DNA of 64,000 nt from Candidatus Krumholzibacteriota bacterium (GTDB lineage: Bacteria > Krumholzibacteriota > Krumholzibacteriia > JAJRXK01). The translations under genes and the position numbers were made by a program. Below, one piece after another: positions 49,934 to 59,266 of this stretch. Position 1 is the first letter of the stretch, and each line of letters opens with the position of its first letter. A model generated the notes under the pieces. It was not told the origin of the DNA. It searched no databases and saw nothing but the letters and a program-made list of their open reading frames with translations. The stretch spans positions 1 to 64,000 of the forward strand of contig CAVXTH010000009.1 in NCBI GenBank assembly GCA_963764625.1. The letters are read 5' to 3'.

Positions 49934-50272
49934 GGTGAACTCTGAAAATTATGAGTGCGCCTGAGCTTAGGGGGCTTTCGGCACCCTGTCAACGAAAGGC
50001 AATGCACGGTCATGGCACGTCCCATTCCGGCCCGAATCATCAAGTACCAGAGTAACAGACCCACTTGTCGTCGTCCCGTTGGAAAGTGATCTGGTCGCTC
50101 CAAAATCGCAACTCAGGGATACTGGATATGATATATGCTTGATGATGACAGGTCTTGGGGGAGCGATCCCCTGAACGCCGAATGAGCGGCGCAGCGGTAA
50201 TTCGCGTCCGTATCAACAGGCCGGGTGTTGGTGTTCTTGCTTTTTCCTTCGGAAAATCAGGGTGCGCTGGCT

Positions 50273-50818
50273 ATGTGGAAAAGGGCAATTCTCGCAATCG
50301 TCTTTTTGGCTCTCGGCAGCAGTACGGCTCGCGGAGTCACCGAAATTCGATCGGCCGTCATCTCCGCCGGCGGCACTCCAATTGAATTCGGCAACCAGGC
50401 GCTGATGGCAACGATCGGGCAGCCACTGCACTCAGTAGTGACAGCGTCTGGTTTTGAAATCAAGGACGGCTTCTGGAATCTGGTTCCCCTTTCAGGGACA
50501 GCGACTTCGGTGGGAACTGACCTTCTGCCTAGACCGATTCGCTACATCCTGCATCAAAACACGCCCAACCCATTCAATCCATTGACAGCCATTCGCTTTG
50601 AATTGCCGCACGACGTGGATCGGCTGAATCTGAATCTATACGACATCCGCGGCAGGCATGTCGTCACTCTTTACGACGGCCCAGAAACGGTAGGCGTGAA
50701 GTCTATCACCTGGCGGGGTACGGACAGTAATGGCCGAGCGGTTTCGAGCGGATCGTACTTCTTCGTCATGAGCACATCGGATTTTCGTTCCGTGCTGAAG
50801 ATGATGCTTGTTCGCTGA
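50273..50818 (+). CDS. Small secreted protein: short N-terminal module plus FlgD-Ig/CTD-like domain
   Basis: Signal peptide MWKRAILAIVFLALGSSTARG, VISAGG..ATIGQP..GFW module and QNTPNPFNP..SSGSYF..MMLVR. Confidence 0.8.
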   Translation: MWKRAILAIVFLALGSSTARGVTEIRSAVISAGGTPIEFGNQALMATIGQPLHSVVTASGFEIKDGFWNLVPLSGTATSVGTDLLPRPIRYILHQNTPNPFNPLTAIRFELPHDVDRLNLNLYDIRGRHVVTLYDGPETVGVKSITWRGTDSNGRAVSSGSYFFVMSTSDFRSVLKMMLVR

Positions 50819-50872
50819 TCGCGCCGCTTCCTCCTACGAAGCGATGAACATCTTCTTGTCAGAGGTATCGCC

Positions 50873-52723
50873 ATGAGAGCATTGATGATTTGCCTGATTC
50901 TCGCCACGGTGGTCGCGCCGGTTCTTGGCCCGTTACAGCTTGCAGTCGCACAGCCCACTCAAGTGAGCTACCAGGGCGTCCTGATTCGTGACGGCGTTCC
51001 GTTCAACGGCGAAACCAGAATGAAGTTTGCGATCGTGAGTGATGGCCAGTCCCTTTGGTCCATTGATGGCACGAGCGTTTCCGGTAGCGAACCCGACGCA
51101 TCCGTGCTCATGACGATCCAGGAGGGCATATTCAATGTCGAACTGGGGGGCGCAATTCCATCACAACCCCCCTTGATGAAACCACTGAGTGCATCCGCCT
51201 TGATCGGGTCCGTAAACCCAGTCTTACGAGTCTGGGTCATGAATGCGATGGGTGTATTCGAACTTATCGGCGATCATCCATTTTCGAGCGTTCCCTTCGC
51301 TTTGACGAGCGATGCAGCAATAAGAAGTTTGGGGGACTTTTCCGTGGCGGGCGACATCCTCGGTGGCGGGAATTTGCAGGTGCAGAATGAGGTGCACGCC
51401 GCGTCTTATTTTGGCGATGGCTCAGCCCTTACCGGAGTGCAGAGCAGCGGTCTTGCTGCTGGCATCTATGCCAATGCTGTCCAGTTCACCAATCCGGCCA
51501 ACGTTTTTGTCGGGGACGGTTCGAGTCTGACCGGAGTGCAGAGCAGCGGTCTCGCTGCCGGTATCTATGACAATACAGTCGAGTTCACCAGTCCCGGCAA
51601 CATCTTCACTGGCGACGGCTCGGGCCTGACCGGAGTGCAGACGAGTGATCTAGCCGCTGGTACGTATGACAATGCAGTCGAGTTCAGCAATCCTGGCAAT
51701 GTCTTCACTGGCGATGGCTCGGGCCTCACGGGCCTCTCGACCTGGGGACTGACGGGCAACGCGGGGACCGATCCGGATCTGGGACAGTACCTGGGAACAT
51801 CCGATGCACAGGCATTCGAGATCCGAGTCAATGGACAGCGGGCACTGCGCGTGGAGCCCTCGACATCCACAGATCAGCCCAACCTCATAGGAGGTAGTTT
51901 CTACAACTCTGTGGATCCTGCCGTCACGGGTGTGGTGATTGCAGGTGGGGGCGCAATCGGGAACGAGAACATAGTCGAACACAGTTTTGGGACCATCGGT
52001 GGTGGCGCGCACAATGCCATCACTGGTAGTTCTGGCGGAACGTCTGATGACTACGTCACGATTGGTGGGGGGCGAGACAACAGAGCACACGGGGAAGGTG
52101 CGACCATACCTGGTGGATCTGGCAATCGCGCCTATGGTGACTACAGTTTCGCTGCCGGACGTCGGGCCGAGGCGTATGGAAACGGCTCGATCGTCCTTTC
52201 CGATGGCACCGACGAGTCGTTCGTCTCGATCACCGACAATGAATTCGCCGTGCGGGCAACGGGCGGAGTCCGAATCGCGACCCAAATCGGCATCGGGGGC
52301 GAGCCGACAGCTGGGGTGTCCTTGAGCCCGGGCGATGGGAGTTGGGCCTCACTCAGCGACGTCAACTCGAAGGAGAACTTCGAACCTCTGGCTGGTGAAG
52401 AAGTTCTGAAACGCCTGCGTGATGTACCGGTTTCGGGCTGGAACTACAAAACGCAAAGCCCGTCAATTCGGCATGCGGGCCCCATGGCGCAGGACTTTTG
52501 GCGGTCCTTCGGTCTGGGTGACGACGAACGGAGAATCCACGCCATGGATCTGGCTGGCATCGATCTGGCGGCGATCCAGGCTCTCGATGCGAGAACTCGT
52601 GACCTACTGCAGGCCCGCGAGGACCTGAAGGAATTGCATCGGGAATTGGCTCAACTGAAAGGCGAGAACGCAGCTCTCACCTCCCGGCTGGAACGTCTCG
52701 AGCGGCTGTTGCTTCACAAATGA
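50873..52723 (+). CDS. Secreted tail-fibre-like protein with C-terminal Peptidase_S74 intramolecular chaperone and coiled coil
   Basis: Signal peptide, VSYQGVL..SVPFAL N-domain, TIGGG--N repeats, SDVNSKEN..WNYK..HAGPMAQDF..FGLG and a heptad C-terminus. Confidence 0.88.
   Translation: MRALMICLILATVVAPVLGPLQLAVAQPTQVSYQGVLIRDGVPFNGETRMKFAIVSDGQSLWSIDGTSVSGSEPDASVLMTIQEGIFNVELGGAIPSQPPLMKPLSASALIGSVNPVLRVWVMNAMGVFELIGDHPFSSVPFALTSDAAIRSLGDFSVAGDILGGGNLQVQNEVHAASYFGDGSALTGVQSSGLAAGIYANAVQFTNPANVFVGDGSSLTGVQSSGLAAGIYDNTVEFTSPGNIFTGDGSGLTGVQTSDLAAGTYDNAVEFSNPGNVFTGDGSGLTGLSTWGLTGNAGTDPDLGQYLGTSDAQAFEIRVNGQRALRVEPSTSTDQPNLIGGSFYNSVDPAVTGVVIAGGGAIGNENIVEHSFGTIGGGAHNAITGSSGGTSDDYVTIGGGRDNRAHGEGATIPGGSGNRAYGDYSFAAGRRAEAYGNGSIVLSDGTDESFVSITDNEFAVRATGGVRIATQIGIGGEPTAGVSLSPGDGSWASLSDVNSKENFEPLAGEEVLKRLRDVPVSGWNYKTQSPSIRHAGPMAQDFWRSFGLGDDERRIHAMDLAGIDLAAIQALDARTRDLLQAREDLKELHRELAQLKGENAALTSRLERLERLLLHK
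51410..51735 (+). repeat. In-frame 99-bp (33-aa) tandem repeat, about 3.3 copies
   Basis: ACCGGAGTGCAG at 51431, 51530 and 51629, with a partial fourth unit at 51728. Unit: GDGSxLTGVQxSxLAAGxYxNxVxFxxPxNxFx. Confidence 0.9.
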
Positions 52724-52916
52724 CCGGAGCCGCACCGCGTCGGATTCACCGCCCGATTGTTGAGCTTACGACCTGCCTATCCTGATGGGGTTCCTGACAA
52801 AATTCTGGGGACAATCAGAGATCGTGGGGGAACCAAATTCTCGCGAACTTGCTATCTTATGCGCCGGCAGCTACCGAACTGTGGTCGCCGCAAACCAATT
52901 TTTCAGGAGGGCTCCT

Positions 52917-53474
52917 GTGAGTAAGCAGCAATTGATTTTCGTCGTGTTGATGTTGACCGTGTTCTGCAGTGCATCTGCTTCTGCCGCCACATCCACGGAC
53001 GCGGGCAAGATCGCCCACGGTAAGTACCTGGTCACGATCATGGCCTGTAATGATTGCCACACTCCACTCACCATGGGACCCAAGGGCCCTGAGCCGGACA
53101 TGACGCGCATGCTTGCGGGCCACCCGCAGGACATGGTGTTGCCGCCCGTCCCCAAACTCGAGAAAGGTCCATGGATGTGGGTCGGCACCGGAACCAATAC
53201 CGCATTTGCCGGGCCTTGGGGGGTGAGCTTTGCCGCGAACCTGACGCCCGATAAGGAAACCGGTATGGGAAGCTGGACCGAAGCGACCTTCATCCAGGCC
53301 ATCCGCAGCGGACGGCACGAGGGCATGGGGCGTCCCATCATGCCGCCGATGCCCTGGATGCAGTATCGAAGCGCGAGCGACGAAGATCTCAGCGCCATCT
53401 TCGCCTACCTTCAGTCGATTCCGGCTATCGCGAATCGCGTGCCGCAGGCCATGGAACCGCCCGAGGCTCAGTGA
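52917..53474 (+). CDS. Exported c-type cytochrome (one CxxCH)
   Basis: Signal peptide, GKYLV..CNDCHTP, GPWGVSFAANLTPD and MPPMPW. GTG start after AGGAGG. Confidence 0.85.
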   Translation: MSKQQLIFVVLMLTVFCSASASAATSTDAGKIAHGKYLVTIMACNDCHTPLTMGPKGPEPDMTRMLAGHPQDMVLPPVPKLEKGPWMWVGTGTNTAFAGPWGVSFAANLTPDKETGMGSWTEATFIQAIRSGRHEGMGRPIMPPMPWMQYRSASDEDLSAIFAYLQSIPAIANRVPQAMEPPEAQ

Positions 53475-54548
53475 TGACCCTCCGTTGGCCGCATTTCGTG
53501 ACGGCCCTGTGCCTGGTCACCGCGTTCATGGTGATCGGAACTCTGGCGAGCGTCCGCGGGGCGCTCGCCGATCCCCCGCCCGCACCGCAGTGGTTATCAC
53601 AGACCGGTCTCTACGCCGCAGACGGTCGGGTCGATTCGCGCAACCTCTCATACCTCCCACAGTATCCGCTGTGGTCCGACGGAGCGGGAAAAGACCGCTG
53701 GATCTACCTGCCGCCGGGAACGCAGATCGACGTGTCCGACGGAGACACCTGGCGCTTTCCGGTGGGAACCAAACTGTGGAAGGAGTTCGCGTTTGAGGGG
53801 CACAAAGTGGAGACCCGTTTGATCTGGCAGGTTGATTCTGACCAATGGGTCTTCGCCGCGTACCGCTGGAACCCAGAGCAGACCGACGCGGAGCTCGCAC
53901 CGGCCGACGGTGTTCCTGCCGCCTGGGAAATCATGCCGGGACGTCAGCACGCGATCCCCAGCACGACCGACTGCCAAACGTGTCACATGGGGATTCGCGC
54001 AGTGGTGCTCGGCTTCAATGCCCTGCAACTCTCCGACGATCGGGATCCCCGCGCGCCGCACACGCAGGCGCTGCCGCAAGGTGCCGCCACTCTGAGCACC
54101 TTGGAGGCGGCCGGCCGGTTTACGCCGCCACGGCCAGAATGGGTATCACGATCCCCCGCGCATTCGCACCCATGATCCCATCGAACGCGCCGCCCTGGGA
54201 TACCTCTCCGCCAACTGTGGAAATTGCCACAATGCTTCGGGGCCGCTGGCTCGACTGGGGCTCTTCTTGCGGCACGACGTAACAGGCGCACCCGAGTCTC
54301 CCGAGCCCGCCCGAGCAACCTCGGTCGAGGCGAAAGGCACGTGGCTGGTGCCGGGAATCGGGGCCGAAGACTCGCGGGTCGTGGCGCCGGGGGCGCCCTC
54401 GGAAAGCGCGCTGTACTACCGCATGGTCTCGCGGCGAGCTTCCTCGCAGATGCCTCCTCTGGGCACGGTCCTGCGCGATTCCGTGGCCGTCACCTTGGTT
54501 CGGCAGTGGATCGAGACCTTGCCAAGATCAGGCGCGAGAGCCAACTAG
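53471..54548 (+). CDS. Exported diheme c-type cytochrome (SO2930-like); frameshift in the C-run near 54153-54157
   Basis: [27 protein letters not shown] and CQTCH, then in the shifted frame [18 protein letters not shown]. Confidence 0.8.
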
Positions 54549-54686
54549 TACTCGCCCCGAAGCTGCGATCCCTCGAAACCAAGAAAATGGCGCTTTTGAA
54601 GGAGTGCGTAGAGGGTTGGCGGCGAAGAGCCGGTTTGATAGTATCATGCACTATGACCGCAGTTTCGACCTGAAGAGCAGGATGAC

Positions 54687-55091
54687 ATGCCCACTTTTTC
54701 CAAGAGTCCACTCGAGCCATTTTCCGAGCGCGCCTACGCGATGCTCCGCATCGTGGCGGGCGCGATGCTCACCTTTCACGGGTTGCAGAAGATCTTCGGA
54801 GTTCTCACGGATCACCAGCCGCCGGTCGGATCGCAGCTATGGATCGGCGGCATCATCGAGCTCGTGGGCGGCACTTTCATCGCGCTCGGTCTCTTCACGC
54901 GCATGGCCGCGTTTCTGGCCAGCGGCATGCTAGCCGTCGCGTACTTCCAGTTTCACTGGAAGTTCCAGTTCAACTCGGCGTTTCTTCCGGGCGTGAATCA
55001 CGGCGAGCTCGCGGTTCTCTATTGCTTCGTCTTCTTCTACATGGCATGCAAGGGCAATGGCCCCTGGAGTCTGGGTAGAACTTCACGATAG
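54687..55091 (+). CDS. DoxX family membrane protein
   Basis: LRIVAG..HGLQK, IELVGG..LGLFTR and GELAVLYCF..GNGPWS. Confidence 0.9.
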   Translation: MPTFSKSPLEPFSERAYAMLRIVAGAMLTFHGLQKIFGVLTDHQPPVGSQLWIGGIIELVGGTFIALGLFTRMAAFLASGMLAVAYFQFHWKFQFNSAFLPGVNHGELAVLYCFVFFYMACKGNGPWSLGRTSR

Positions 55092-55102
55092 CCACTAGGC
55101 TC

Positions 55103-57967
55103 TCAGCGGGAATCACGGACCAACACCACGTCGCGGTTCGATTCTCCCGCAGCGAGGACGATGCGGCTGGAGTCCCCCAACCAACCCCACCAAAAGATCG
55201 TCTTGCCGGTGAAAGAGGTGAGCTGCCTGGCTTTGGTCTCGTTTTCTTTGGAGATCCAAAGGTTGTCTCCGCTGTCCAATCTGAGCGCGGAAACCAGGTA
55301 CTTGTGGTCATAGGAGAATCTGGAGCCCGTGCGTCTTCCCTCGGTAAACGCCGTGAGGGGAGTGGATTCGCCTCCATCCAGTGAAAGTCGCCAAATGTTT
55401 CGAAGTGGATCGTTTGGATTGATGTAGGCAATCGCATTTTCTCCCGGAATCCACATGGTCGCCAGCGCATTCTCCGGAATCTCCACTCGTTCGCTCGGGC
55501 CATCTCCTTCCACAGGAAGAACCCTGTAGATCGTCTTGGTGAGAACTCCGGAGGTGTCGTTTACGGCAACCAGCAGCTGCCTGGAATCCGAAGACAATGC
55601 AACAAAGCTAGTTCGGGCGGTTGCTCTCACCGGTAGCAGACGACTCTTCCCAGTATCGGTGGATTGGATCCACAGCTCGGTGGGATCACTTTCCTTGTTG
55701 TAGACGAGGTAGCTGCCGTCGTGGGAGATAGATCGAAGATTCACAGCTCCCTCGACAGCTCTCTGCAGCCCCTTCCCGTCGATGCCGACGCGCCACAGCG
55801 AACTCACCCCGGTCTCAGAGTCCAATTTGGTGAGGAAAATCGTGTCTCCTCCACAGTCGAGACCCAGGGTCAGCCCGTCGCCCGTGGCGATACTGCGTGG
55901 GGTACTGTTGGACTCGGGAGATTGCACGTAGAGTCGAGTGCCGCCTTCCCAAGGCTTGATATAGGCGAAGGACTTTTCTCCCAATGCGAAACCAACGGGC
56001 GCGGTATCGACACTGGTGCTGCGAAGGATAGTGTGGAGAGTTCCTTCTTCGGGCTTTAGAGAGTAGAGATCGGGCAGGTAGGTTTCTCGGACCACCGAAA
56101 TGGTACCGTCCTGCGAAACCCACGGTTGTGAGTACTGAAAGAGATCATTGCTGATGTGCCTGAGTTCACCTCCCGGATAGGATAGTTCGAGAATCTGGTT
56201 GCGGATCAGTTCCGAAAGGACCACTCCGGTAACTACGAGAGCACTCCCATCGCCCGTCCAGTCGATCCCGTTGAAAAATGCCGGTTGCTTGCTCAACAGA
56301 TCTTTTCGTCTGCCGTCCTGAACATTGACGAGCGCGATGGTACCGCGTGTAACCGGGGGAGGAGAAAATATCATGATTGCCACGTATTTTCCGTCCGGCG
56401 ACCAGCTCACTCGAGATTGGAGGGCGTCCGGTGGAAGGATCCGAATCAGCTGCCGCGGCTCCCCCCCGCTGGCCGCTTGCACTTGAACCGTTCCGCCGAC
56501 ATCGGGAATAAAACGAACGAAGGCCATCTGACTGCCATCGGGCGAGAAGCTCACCGGGGAATCCACGTCGAAGCCCCGTTCCTCGGGCTGCCCCCCCAAG
56601 GAGGGGATTCGATACAGAGTGCGATACCGTGGAGCCTCCGGCTTGACCATGGTGTAGAACAGGTAGTTGCCGTCGGGGGAGAAGGACGGATTGAAGAACG
56701 GCGTGGTGGTCTTGGGAATCACCTGAATATCGGCTCCGGTCGCCACCTGGCGCACGAACATGGTGGCGCCGACGGGCTCCAGCGAGATGTAGGCCAGATA
56801 CCGTCCGTCCCTTGAAATCGCTGCGTTACTGATTTTCCCGTTGTTCGTCACGGTGGCGAACCTGGCCGGTCGGAAGGAATCGGCAGAGTGGTCCGATCCC
56901 GCCCCCCTTCCCCGTAGTCCGAAGTACGCAGCCGCCGCCACCACCAGGATGCCGATCGCCAAGATCGGCAACAGAATGGGCCGCCGTTTTTCCAGTGGTG
57001 CCATGCCGAGCGCGCTGGACGACATCGCGCTCGTGCCCGAGATCGAAAGCTCGTCGTACTCGTCGACGATTTCTCTGAGCTCCAGTGCCAGGTCCTTCAT
57101 CGACTGCAAACGCTGATCCGGAGATTTCCGTAGACAACGGCGGATCAGACGCCGCAGCTCGTTGGGAACGGTTTCGTCAAACTCCTCGATGGGGGTGGGG
57201 CGATCGTGCAGGATCTTGTGCATAGTCTCCACGTGCGAATCGCCGCTGAAGGGGCGCTGGCGCGTGGCGGCTTCATACAGGATGCAGCCGAAGGAGAAGA
57301 TGTCCGAACGGTAGTCGACCGTCTTGCCCTGCACCTGTTCCGGGGACATGTAATGGACCGTCCCCATGATTGTGCCCTCGACCGTCTGCTGGGCGCCCGC
57401 AGCCAAAGTGGTAAGGGTGGTCCCGGCTTCGGGACCGTGCTTCTCGGTGAGCTTGGCCAGACCAAAGTCGAGCACTTTCGCGAAGCCGTCATCGGTGACC
57501 ATGATGTTGCCGGGTTTCAAATCGCGGTGGACGATGCCGGAGGCATGCGCCTTGGCGATGCCCTCCGCGGCCTGCGCGAGGTAGCCGAGCAGGGTGCGCA
57601 GGTCGGTATTCTCCTCGTGGATCTTGGTGCTCAGGGTTCTTCCATTCACCAGTTCCATGGAGATGTAGTGCACTGGCTCGGGAGACGATTCTCCGGAAGC
57701 CGAGGTCACCGGTTCCTCGCCGATCTCGTAGATGGTGATGATGTTGGGATGATTGAGCGAGGACGCCGACTTCGCTTCTTGCACGAAGCGTCGTACCCTG
57801 TCGCCGCTGCGCACGAGTTCGGGAGGCAGCACCTTGAGCGCCACGCTGCGCTCGAGCTTCTGGTCCTGGGCGAGGTAGACCTCTCCCATCCCACCCGCGC
57901 CCAGGGGTCCCACCACCCGGTAGTGGGCTACGTGGTCCTCAGCCTGCAATGTCCGTGACGTGGTCAT
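55103..57967 (-). CDS. Hanks-type Ser/Thr protein kinase with TM segment and TolB/PD40-like propeller
   Basis: GAGGMGEVY, HRDLKPGN, DFGLAK, YMSPEQ and FSPDG repeats. Start placed at ATG 57967 because the longer ORF crosses the upstream terminator. Confidence 0.92.
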   Translation of the reverse strand: MTTSRTLQAEDHVAHYRVVGPLGAGGMGEVYLAQDQKLERSVALKVLPPELVRSGDRVRRFVQEAKSASSLNHPNIITIYEIGEEPVTSASGESSPEPVHYISMELVNGRTLSTKIHEENTDLRTLLGYLAQAAEGIAKAHASGIVHRDLKPGNIMVTDDGFAKVLDFGLAKLTEKHGPEAGTTLTTLAAGAQQTVEGTIMGTVHYMSPEQVQGKTVDYRSDIFSFGCILYEAATRQRPFSGDSHVETMHKILHDRPTPIEEFDETVPNELRRLIRRCLRKSPDQRLQSMKDLALELREIVDEYDELSISGTSAMSSSALGMAPLEKRRPILLPILAIGILVVAAAAYFGLRGRGAGSDHSADSFRPARFATVTNNGKISNAAISRDGRYLAYISLEPVGATMFVRQVATGADIQVIPKTTTPFFNPSFSPDGNYLFYTMVKPEAPRYRTLYRIPSLGGQPEERGFDVDSPVSFSPDGSQMAFVRFIPDVGGTVQVQAASGGEPRQLIRILPPDALQSRVSWSPDGKYVAIMIFSPPPVTRGTIALVNVQDGRRKDLLSKQPAFFNGIDWTGDGSALVVTGVVLSELIRNQILELSYPGGELRHISNDLFQYSQPWVSQDGTISVVRETYLPDLYSLKPEEGTLHTILRSTSVDTAPVGFALGEKSFAYIKPWEGGTRLYVQSPESNSTPRSIATGDGLTLGLDCGGDTIFLTKLDSETGVSSLWRVGIDGKGLQRAVEGAVNLRSISHDGSYLVYNKESDPTELWIQSTDTGKSRLLPVRATARTSFVALSSDSRQLLVAVNDTSGVLTKTIYRVLPVEGDGPSERVEIPENALATMWIPGENAIAYINPNDPLRNIWRLSLDGGESTPLTAFTEGRRTGSRFSYDHKYLVSALRLDSGDNLWISKENETKARQLTSFTGKTIFWWGWLGDSSRIVLAAGESNRDVVLVRDSR

Positions 57968-58035
57968 GGATTCCCTCAGTGAAGCGTCCGTGGAAAACGA
58001 GCCGAGATCGTAGCATGGATGACAGGATGGGATAC

Positions 58036-58066
58036 GGAAAAAGGGGGCCGCGAGCGCGACCCCCTT
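58036..58066 (-). terminator. Rho-independent terminator of the multiheme cytochrome gene
   Basis: Minus strand GGGGGTCGC-GCTC-GCGGCCCCC followed by TTTTT. Confidence 0.8.
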
Positions 58067-58090
58067 CTTCACGATTTCCGCGTTGCGGCC

Positions 58091-59074
58091 TTACTTCGCC
58101 GCTGGCGTCATCAAAGCGATGCTCGCGTTGAGCAGTGCTTTGGTGTAGTTCGAATTGTGCACGCCGATGCTCTTGTCTTCGTGCGCAATGTAGAGCCAGT
58201 TCCACAGCGCGATCCCTACGTTCTCCGGAGCTTCGGTGACCGTGGGATGTCCATCGGCGGAGTTCTCACTGAGAACCTGCGCGGTGACCAGCAGGTCGCC
58301 GAGCTGATCGAGCAGAGCCTGCACGTCCGTCTGCACGCTGTGATAGTCGAAGGTATCCAGACCGTCATGGCAGATTTGGCAATTGGCCACGTTGGCATCG
58401 AAAGTGTGATCCCGACCAGAACCCATATGGCATTGGACACAGGTGTTCGGCACCCCGAGGTGCGGGCTGGGCATGTCGGCGACATTGCCCGCTCCGGCTA
58501 CGCCGAGAAGCATCGCGCTCTGCGGACCGTGATGCGGACCCCAGTGCGTGCTGATGCCGGTGATCATCCCGTTCACCGCCACGGGGTCATCCCGCCGCGG
58601 TTGGTGGCAGTTGGCGCAGAGGTTTCCGAGGCCACCGTTGAAGGTTGCCCCGGGCACCGCATAGAGCGGCACCGCCGCCGTACCCCGAACGTCGAAATCC
58701 GACAGGGTGTAGGTCTCGTGGATCATGTGACAGGCCCGGCAGTCCTGGCGCGTCGGATCCGGATCGCCCTCGGTCACCTGGTCAGGCCGCTGTCCCGCGT
58801 CCATCCTGATGGCAGCGGCATTGCCGGAATGGCATCCGGCGCAGTCGGCGCTGGTCCCGCGTTCGTACGATGTGCCGGTGGCGTGCACCGACATGTCCCA
58901 TTGAGCCGCCTTGCCGGTGATGAGGTTGGTGCCGTTGTGACAATCGGCGCAGGACAATTGCGATGCATCGGGGAGGGGACCTTCAGGCCCGGCAGGGCCC
59001 GTGTCACCCGTGCATCCTATCATTGCCAGCAGGGGAATGAGCAGAGACACGAAGAACAGATGACTCAATTTCAT
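58091..59074 (-). CDS. Hexaheme c-type cytochrome lipoprotein
   Basis: Lipobox MIGC, short GDTGPAGPEGP spacer, six CxxCH motifs (CADCH, CAGCH, CRACH, CANCH, CVQCH, CQICH) and C-terminal GVHNSNY. Confidence 0.88.
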   Translation of the reverse strand: MKLSHLFFVSLLIPLLAMIGCTGDTGPAGPEGPLPDASQLSCADCHNGTNLITGKAAQWDMSVHATGTSYERGTSADCAGCHSGNAAAIRMDAGQRPDQVTEGDPDPTRQDCRACHMIHETYTLSDFDVRGTAAVPLYAVPGATFNGGLGNLCANCHQPRRDDPVAVNGMITGISTHWGPHHGPQSAMLLGVAGAGNVADMPSPHLGVPNTCVQCHMGSGRDHTFDANVANCQICHDGLDTFDYHSVQTDVQALLDQLGDLLVTAQVLSENSADGHPTVTEAPENVGIALWNWLYIAHEDKSIGVHNSNYTKALLNASIALMTPAAK

Positions 59075-59181
59075 GACAAAAGGCCTCCTCGACCTGAAGG
59101 GCGACACAATGCGGAAACCGCCGTGGATCAAGAATAGGAGACGCAATTATCTGAATCAAGGAATGATAAACGCAATTTACT

Positions 59182-59200
59182 GAAAGCGAATTTCATTTTC
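59182..59200 (-). promoter_or_regulatory. Possible Fur-type box upstream of the hexaheme cytochrome
   Basis: Minus strand GAAAATGAAATTCGCTTTC matches 13 of 19 positions of GATAATGATAATCATTATC, within an AT-rich patch. Confidence 0.3.
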
Positions 59201-59266
59201 AGAAGTCTCGTGCTCCCTGGAGAACGGATGTCTGGAGAACTCGGGTGGACCGTGGGTTTGCCGGGA

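Noticed and set aside
50873-52723. Prophage
   Set aside because: The S74 fibre has a signal peptide, and there are no capsid, terminase, integrase or other tail genes.
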